Source: Candidatus Levybacteria bacterium RIFCSPHIGHO2_01_FULL_37_17
GTDB taxonomy: Bacteria > Patescibacteriota > Microgenomatia > Levybacterales > UBA12049
Direction: 5' to 3'
NCBI GenBank assembly: GCA_001782035.1
Contig: MFNL01000002.1
Span: forward strand, 60,865-124,864
DNA: 64,000 bases
Shown: piece by piece, positions 58,253-64,000 of the stretch
Numbering within the stretch: the stretch's first letter is position 1
Layout of the letters: every line of letters starts with the position of its first letter
Notes under the pieces: generated by a model
Told to the model about the DNA's origin: nothing
Seen by the model: only the letters and a program-made list of their open reading frames with translations
Database searches by the model: none
Translations under genes and position numbers: made by a program

Positions 58253-59086
58253 ATGAAGACAACATCACAAATAAAAAGAGAGCAAGATGGAACAATTGAA
58301 CTTACAATAGTTGTCCCTTGGCTTGGAATAAAACAAACAAAAGATGAAGTTATTGCTGATCACGCAAAGGAAGCTGATCTTGCAGGCTTTAGGAAAGGCA
58401 TGGCGCCATTGGATTTAGTTGAAAAAAGTCTAGACAAAGGACACATTAGAGAAGACATTCTTCGCAAAATCCTTCCTGCCGCATATGCTGATGCAGTAAA
58501 GACAAACGCAATTAATCCGATAGTTTCTCCAAGAGTCCGTGTCCAAAAAATCGAAGACGAGAAGGACTGGGAAATCGTAGCTCTTACTTGTGAGATGCCT
58601 AAAATTGAGTTGGGCAACTACAAAGAAGAAGTTGAAAAAGTTACCGCTAAATCAAAAATTTTAATCCCAGGAAAGGAAAGAGAAACAGTTAGTTTTGATG
58701 AAATATCAAAAGCACTTCTTGAAAGCGTAAGGCTTACTGTGCCAAAAGTAATTCTTGAGCAAGAAACAGAGAGACTTCTTGCTCAAACCTTAGATGAGAT
58801 AAAAAGACTGGGTCTAACCCTTGATCAATACCTTGCTTCAACCGGAAAAAACATAGAGGCACTAAAAGCAGACTATGCTAAAAAAGCTGAATCGGATATA
58901 AAAATAGAGTTTACTTTGCAACAAATCGCAAGCGAGCAAAACATTAAAGTCGAGGAAAGCGAAATTGAGGAAGCAATTAAGGCTGCAAAAACAGATGAAG
59001 AAAGAAAAAATCTTACAAATAATAAATATCTCGTAGCAAGTATTATAAGGCAACAAAAAACGCTTGATTTCCTACGTAACTTGTGA
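58253..59086 (+). CDS. tig: trigger factor lacking the PPIase domain
   Basis: GFRKGMAP ribosome-binding motif followed directly by the C-terminal domain; about 277 aa. Confidence 0.88.
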   Translation: MKTTSQIKREQDGTIELTIVVPWLGIKQTKDEVIADHAKEADLAGFRKGMAPLDLVEKSLDKGHIREDILRKILPAAYADAVKTNAINPIVSPRVRVQKIEDEKDWEIVALTCEMPKIELGNYKEEVEKVTAKSKILIPGKERETVSFDEISKALLESVRLTVPKVILEQETERLLAQTLDEIKRLGLTLDQYLASTGKNIEALKADYAKKAESDIKIEFTLQQIASEQNIKVEESEIEEAIKAAKTDEERKNLTNNKYLVASIIRQQKTLDFLRNL

Positions 59087-59102
59087 TATATAAGACTTGC
59101 AT

Positions 59103-59756
59103 ATGGCATTAAAAAATCCTTTAAAAACAGTCAGAGAAAAAAACCTAGATGAAATCGGCACAGAGCTGTTGACAAGTGCTGCTAAAACTACAACCAACGA
59201 GTTAAATGAAGAATGGAAGACATTTATGAGGCAGGCTTTAGGACAAGCTGAGCAGGCTCAAAAACAAGCTCATGATGCGGAAAAACTGACCGGGGAACTA
59301 CAAGAGGGAGAAGAAATCTCTTTTGCTTCAAAGAAGGTCGAAATAAAAGAAATGAGAGTTGAGGGCGATCCGGATATGAAATACGTGGATAAAATTCTCC
59401 ATGCGGAAACAATAAGAGTAAATGCAGACAATCAGGAAATTAAGCAAAGACTTACAGAAATTCAGGTAGAACTCAAAAAAATCACCGAAAAATCCAAAGA
59501 ACTGGAAGTTCAATTTAGACAGGTTGCAGCTGAAACTATTCAAGAAAACATTAAACCAGGAAACTATCACCTGAATTTTGTAGAGTGGATGTTGTCTACT
59601 ATTCAGGCTGCACGAGTTAGAATCGAAAGTTCTGCAAACTGGATGTCAGCTTTGGCTGGAAAAAAATCAAAGAAAGACTTTTGGAGCCTTGCTAAAAAAC
59701 ACGGAACTAGCTTTAGTCTTTCTGCCGAGCGCTACATGGTTCAACAAACAGGCTAA
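59103..59756 (+). CDS. hypothetical coiled-coil protein (DUF5660-like)
   Basis: PG.YHLNF.E, W, KKHGTSF.LS.ER. Confidence 0.6.
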   Translation: MALKNPLKTVREKNLDEIGTELLTSAAKTTTNELNEEWKTFMRQALGQAEQAQKQAHDAEKLTGELQEGEEISFASKKVEIKEMRVEGDPDMKYVDKILHAETIRVNADNQEIKQRLTEIQVELKKITEKSKELEVQFRQVAAETIQENIKPGNYHLNFVEWMLSTIQAARVRIESSANWMSALAGKKSKKDFWSLAKKHGTSFSLSAERYMVQQTG

Positions 59757-59826
59757 TTTACCTCTTGATATAAAATACAAACGTTGTTGTTTGAACACAC
59801 TTATTTTGCTAAAATAAACGAGTCGC

Positions 59827-59900
59827 GGGCTCGTAGCTCAGTTGGTTAGAGCGTTGCATTGACATTGCAAAGGTCAGAAGTTCGACTCTTCTCGGGCCCA
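59827..59900 (+). tRNA. tRNA-Val(GAC)
   Basis: Loop TTGACAT. Confidence 0.93.
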
Positions 59901-59905
59901 CACAA

Positions 59906-60133
59906 ATGAAAAAAATATTTTTGACCTGGAATCTACCTGAATATAAAGAATGGGCCACTCCTACAGATGGTGGTTATGAACTTTACATTATCCGAAAAGA
60001 ACCAGATAATTTCCTCGTGGTAAAAGCAAAACTAATAATTGAAGCGAGGGGCTTACCAGGTTTTAAAGTTTTAGAAGAACACAATCTTTCTGATGAAAAA
60101 TCCGCTTTAAGAAAAGTGCAGGAATGGAGATAG
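59906..60133 (+). CDS. hypothetical protein
   Basis: ORF starting 5 nt after tRNA-Val. Confidence 0.55.
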   Translation: MKKIFLTWNLPEYKEWATPTDGGYELYIIRKEPDNFLVVKAKLIIEARGLPGFKVLEEHNLSDEKSALRKVQEWR

Positions 60134-60168
60134 TTGTAACCCTTACTAAAGTAGGGTAATGTGATTAT

Positions 60169-60786
60169 ATGGCAATTGAAACGATTAATGCAGAAGAAGA
60201 AAAAAGGAAACTGCTTTGGCTCAAGGATTTAAGCGAGTTTATTGTCGAAGCTAACCTGGCGACATGGGCGGGAGAAGGAAAAGAAGTTGAGCAACCCCAA
60301 AGACCAGGTTATAAAGAGCTTGAATATCCTCCCCAAAAAGAACCTGGAATAATTCCGCAAAAGGGATTTTACCTTAGAGACAGTTATACAAAATACTTCA
60401 GAGCTCCAGGTATGACGACCATTTACTATAATGGAGAACCTGCATGGGCAATGTCATATGGGGGAACCGGAATGGTGCCTGGATATGAGCTTAGGGCACA
60501 AGAAGTTTTTACTTTTCTAAAACACGCCTTGAAAGCCGTTTCTCCTCAGCTTCCATTCAGAGGACCTACTGAGTTTGGAGAAGGACGTTTAATTTACAGG
60601 TTTAATCTACTACCGAATACTGATGGAAATCTAGGTAATCTCGAAGATGCTTTATGGCAGGAAAAAATATTTGAACAAGGAATAGGAGATCGTCCTGACA
60701 TCCTTTTATTTACACAAACGGGAATTGCGGGAGTTGCAATAGGCAAGGGCGAGCATACAACAGCAATAAAACCTTGGAATTTATGA
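60169..60786 (+). CDS. DUF5680-like protein
   Basis: F..EA...T.A, RDSY, W.MSY.G, FLK.AL, PFRGP. Confidence 0.65.
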   Translation: MAIETINAEEEKRKLLWLKDLSEFIVEANLATWAGEGKEVEQPQRPGYKELEYPPQKEPGIIPQKGFYLRDSYTKYFRAPGMTTIYYNGEPAWAMSYGGTGMVPGYELRAQEVFTFLKHALKAVSPQLPFRGPTEFGEGRLIYRFNLLPNTDGNLGNLEDALWQEKIFEQGIGDRPDILLFTQTGIAGVAIGKGEHTTAIKPWNL

Positions 60787-61352
60787 CAAGAGACGAGGCC
60801 TACAATTTGCTTTCGCAGCACATAGTCAATCAAAATTTAATAAAGCATATGCTTGCTACGGAGGCTGTCATGCGGGCGCTTTGCAAAAGGCTGCTGCAAA
60901 ATCCCAGCGTACAAGTTTTGGATAATTGGGGATTAGTTGGGTTACTGCATGACTTGGATTATGAAATGGCTAAGGAAGCTCCGGAAAAACACGGACTAAT
61001 TTCTAAAGATTTATTAACTGGTAAAATTAGCGAACCACAAATTTATGCGATTATGGCTCACAATTCAAAGTATACAAAAGTGGAGCCTAAATCAGCACTT
61101 GATTGGAGCATCGCATGTTGTGACGAGCTCACTGGCTTAATCGTTGCATCTGCTCTTATTCATCCAGATAAAAAACTTTCTTCCATAAATGCGGAATTCG
61201 TTATGAAAAGATTTAGAGAAAAAAATTTTGCAAAAGGGGCAAACAGAAAATCTATCGAGAGATGCAAAGAAAAACTCGGAATTGAGCTTGAGGAATTTAT
61301 TGAAATTAACCTTGAGGCGATGCAGGAAATTGCACCAATTCTTGGACTCTGA
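60783..61352 (+). CDS. HDIG-domain phosphohydrolase
   Basis: KH, GLLHDLD, HG, AH, DELTGLI. Confidence 0.85.
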   Translation: MTRDEAYNLLSQHIVNQNLIKHMLATEAVMRALCKRLLQNPSVQVLDNWGLVGLLHDLDYEMAKEAPEKHGLISKDLLTGKISEPQIYAIMAHNSKYTKVEPKSALDWSIACCDELTGLIVASALIHPDKKLSSINAEFVMKRFREKNFAKGANRKSIERCKEKLGIELEEFIEINLEAMQEIAPILGL

Positions 61353-61364
61353 TAAGCTTAATAT

Positions 61365-61586
61365 ATGGAAAAACACGAAGGACTTCATAAAAACAAAAAA
61401 GAAATTTTTATAAATAATTTTATCGGCGGAATATCCTGGGGACTGGGAGCAACAGTCGGACTTGCAGTTGTTTTGACTACCTTAGGAATAATTATAAAAA
61501 ATGTTAATCTAGTGCCGTTTGTTGGAAGTTTTGTTGCAGATGTAATAAAATTCGTTCTTTCTAAAAACCCCGAGCTTCTCAGATAA
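61365..61586 (+). CDS. DUF5665-like small membrane protein
   Basis: NF.GGI..GLGATVG, P.VG.F. Confidence 0.65.
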   Translation: MEKHEGLHKNKKEIFINNFIGGISWGLGATVGLAVVLTTLGIIIKNVNLVPFVGSFVADVIKFVLSKNPELLR

Positions 61587-61607
61587 ATTTTGTGATAAAA
61601 TACGCTC

Positions 61608-62804
61608 ATGCCTAACTTAAAAGATCATAGACAAATAGGAGCTGAACTTGATTTATACTCATTCCACGATACTGCCCCGGGAGCAGTTTTTTGGCACCAC
61701 AAAGGATATTTAATCTACCGCAGCCTTCAGGATTATCTTCGCAGTGAACTTTTGTCCAACGGCTATGATGAAGTATTCACTCCCGTTATGGTAAAAAGCG
61801 ATTTATTTAAAAAGTCTGGTCACTGGGATTTTTACAGTGAGAATATATTTAAGCTGGAGCAAGAGAAAGAAATATATGCACTCAAGCCCATGAATTGCCC
61901 AGAGGCTTGTTTGATTTATGGCTCTAAAGTTAGAAGCTATCAAGAGCTCCCTATAAGGCTTGCCGACTTTGGCATTCTTCATAGAAACGAACTTTCCGGA
62001 GTATTGGGAGGCCTATTTAGAGTCAGACAATTTACAATTGATGATGCACATCACTTTGTCAGACCGGACCAAATACAAAAAGAGATAGAGGATCTTTTGG
62101 TTTTTGTAGAAAAATTTTATAAGTTATTTGGCTTTAGGTCTGAATTCATGTTGGCTACAAAACCTGATAAAGCAATGGGTGATTCAAAGCTTTGGGAAGA
62201 GGCTGAAAAGGATTTGGAGCAAGCGCTTAAAGCAGCAAAAGTAAAATATGGCATTAAAGAAAAAGACGGCGCTTTCTATGGACCTAAAATAGATATTCAT
62301 ATAAAAGATTCACAAGAAAGAGATTGGCAGCTAGCTACTATTCAGCTCGATTTCCAGATTCCTGAAAAAATGGAGCTTGAATACATAGGTAAAGATGGTA
62401 GACCAAAAAGACCGGTTATTATACATAGGGCAATTACAGGCTCTCTCGAGCGGTTTATGGGAATTTTAGTCGAGCATTATCAGGGAGGTTTTCCTTTGTG
62501 GCTTTCTCCGGTTCAGGTTGCGATACTTCCAATCACAGACGAACAATTAGGATACGCCAAAGTTGTCAAGGAAAAGCTGGAGGCGGAGAACATTAGGGCT
62601 GAAGTGGACGAACGGTCGGAAAGGCTTCAAGCTAAAATAAGAGACGCTGCTTTGCAAAAAATTCCGTATTTGGCTATAATAGGCAAGTCTGAATTTGAGT
62701 CAAAGAGTGTTTCGATAAGAACACGCGAGGGAAAAGACTTGGGTAAGCTTGAATTGACTAAATTTATTCAAAAAATAAAAGAGGAAATTGATAAAAAGGT
62801 ATAA
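61608..62804 (+). CDS. thrS: threonyl-tRNA synthetase lacking the N-terminal domains
   Basis: Begins at DHRQIG; KPMNCP, HRNE.SG, AFYGPKID, HRAI.GS.ERF. Confidence 0.95.
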   Translation: MPNLKDHRQIGAELDLYSFHDTAPGAVFWHHKGYLIYRSLQDYLRSELLSNGYDEVFTPVMVKSDLFKKSGHWDFYSENIFKLEQEKEIYALKPMNCPEACLIYGSKVRSYQELPIRLADFGILHRNELSGVLGGLFRVRQFTIDDAHHFVRPDQIQKEIEDLLVFVEKFYKLFGFRSEFMLATKPDKAMGDSKLWEEAEKDLEQALKAAKVKYGIKEKDGAFYGPKIDIHIKDSQERDWQLATIQLDFQIPEKMELEYIGKDGRPKRPVIIHRAITGSLERFMGILVEHYQGGFPLWLSPVQVAILPITDEQLGYAKVVKEKLEAENIRAEVDERSERLQAKIRDAALQKIPYLAIIGKSEFESKSVSIRTREGKDLGKLELTKFIQKIKEEIDKKV

Positions 62805-63363
62805 TCAAAAGAAGGATAGTAAGTTCTATAGAGTTAACGAGCGTATATTTGCCAATTCCTTAAGGGTGATTGACGCGCAAGGAAAGCAAATCGGCGTAAT
62901 GACAAAAGTCGCCGCGCTTGCACTCGCAAAGCAAAATTTATCGGACTTAGTTGAAATCGCACCAAGGGCTAATCCTCCGGTTGCAAAAATAATAAATTAT
63001 AAAAAGTTTTTGTATCAGGAGGAAAAGAAAAAACGGGAGGAAAAACGAAAGACAAAGTCAACTGAAACTAAAGAGGTCCGCTTAGGCCCGTTTATGAGCG
63101 AGAACGACCTTGCGGTGATGACAAAAAGAACCCGAGACTTTTTACAAGATGGTAACAAGGTGAGGCTGGTGGTCTATTTCAGCGGTCGTCAAATTACGCA
63201 TCCTGAATTTGGACACAAAGTTTTGGACGGGGTAATTGAAAAATTAAGCGATACATCAAAAGTGGACAGAGAGAAAAGACTTGAAGGAAGAAAGTTGATT
63301 ACAGTACTTTCCCCTGAAAAGCAAAAATCAAATGAAAAAGAAAATAAAAAAATCAGTAGCTAG
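62788..63363 (+). CDS. infC: translation initiation factor IF-3
   Basis: NERI, DLVEI...PPVAKI, KEVRL; non-ATG start. Confidence 0.93.
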   Translation: MIKRYNQKKDSKFYRVNERIFANSLRVIDAQGKQIGVMTKVAALALAKQNLSDLVEIAPRANPPVAKIINYKKFLYQEEKKKREEKRKTKSTETKEVRLGPFMSENDLAVMTKRTRDFLQDGNKVRLVVYFSGRQITHPEFGHKVLDGVIEKLSDTSKVDREKRLEGRKLITVLSPEKQKSNEKENKKISS

Positions 63364-63526
63364 AAGATTTAAGGTCACCAAAACAGGTAAGGTTTTGTTC
63401 GGTCACCAATACGGAAGTCATAAGAAACTTAACAAAAGAAAATCGCGAATTAGAAGACAAAAAGAACCGGGAGTTTTAAAAGGAACGTTTGCAAAAAAAA
63501 TTAAAAAAATGTTAGGAGAAGCATGA
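63332..63526 (+). CDS. rpmI: 50S ribosomal protein L35
   Basis: RRFKVTKTGK, H; between infC and rplT. Confidence 0.9.
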   Translation: MKKKIKKSVARRFKVTKTGKVLFGHQYGSHKKLNKRKSRIRRQKEPGVLKGTFAKKIKKMLGEA

Positions 63527-63864
63527 GAGTTAAAAGAGGAATAGTTTCGAGAAGAAAACACAATAAACTAGCTGAACAAACCCGCGGGTATAGGGGCACC
63601 AAACACAGACTTGTTAAAACAGCCAAGGAGGCTCTTTTGCATGCAGGTGCATATGCGTATCATGGACGAAAGATTAAAAAGCGGGACATTAGAGCTTTGT
63701 GGATTACAAGAATCGGAGAAGCGGCAAAATTGCAAGGGATTTCTTACAGTGCTCTAATAAACAAGCTTAAAAATGACAAGATTGAGCTCGACAGAAAAAT
63801 TTTGGCAGATTTAGTAGTTAATGATCCGGAAACTTTCAAAAAAATAGTCACCTCTGTAAAATAG
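63523..63864 (+). CDS. rplT: 50S ribosomal protein L20
   Basis: MRVKRG, GYRG, LWITRI, LDRKILADL. Confidence 0.95.
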   Translation: MRVKRGIVSRRKHNKLAEQTRGYRGTKHRLVKTAKEALLHAGAYAYHGRKIKKRDIRALWITRIGEAAKLQGISYSALINKLKNDKIELDRKILADLVVNDPETFKKIVTSVK

Positions 63865-63923
63865 CTCTCCCATGAGTAAAAGTTAGTAATGAAATATAGC
63901 CTCTAATTTGATATCCTTATCTA

Positions 63924-64000
63924 ATGGAAGAAGAACTAATAGGAATTAAGAATGCCGCGCTGTCCTTTATCCTAGAGGCTGAGTCGCTTGAGAGCATTGA
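63924..64000 (+). CDS. start of a CDS, probably PheRS alpha subunit (partial)
   Basis: MEEELIGIKNAALSFILEAESLESI; follows rplT as in the usual thrS-infC-rpmI-rplT-pheS order. Confidence 0.45.
   Translation, partial: MEEELIGIKNAALSFILEAESLESI

Noticed and set aside
60139-60157. Imperfect palindrome ACCCTTACTAAAGTAGGGT
   Set aside because: Single short copy without a T tract or matching repeats; too weak to call.

Overview
AT-rich chromosomal window from a small-genome bacterium. Gene content and style (compact housekeeping genes, truncated ThrRS and trigger factor, MurT/GatD, bifunctional PGI/PMI, PpsA, many apparently leaderless genes) suggest Patescibacteria/CPR, probably Microgenomates (inference). 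It holds the 5' part of dnaE, gatCAB, murT-gatD, htpX-lemA-polX, pyrG, uvrA/B/C, lexA, dinB, a gluconeogenesis cluster, obgE, a MacAB-like exporter, thrS-infC-rpmI-rplT and 19 tRNA genes. The most unusual structures are: (1) an integrase-less array of one-gene cassettes at the 3' end of tRNA-Glu, separated by GTAC-core junction repeats that carry a decayed homologous ~35-codon tail; (2) a small GIY-YIG nuclease gene between two tRNAs, flanked by inverted copies of a short co-varying palindromic element that also occurs as solo copies, one of them an apparent 26-bp insertion; (3) several candidate structured small RNAs; (4) a candidate direct-repeat LexA operator shared by lexA and dinB. All product calls come from motif recognition by eye; no searches were run.
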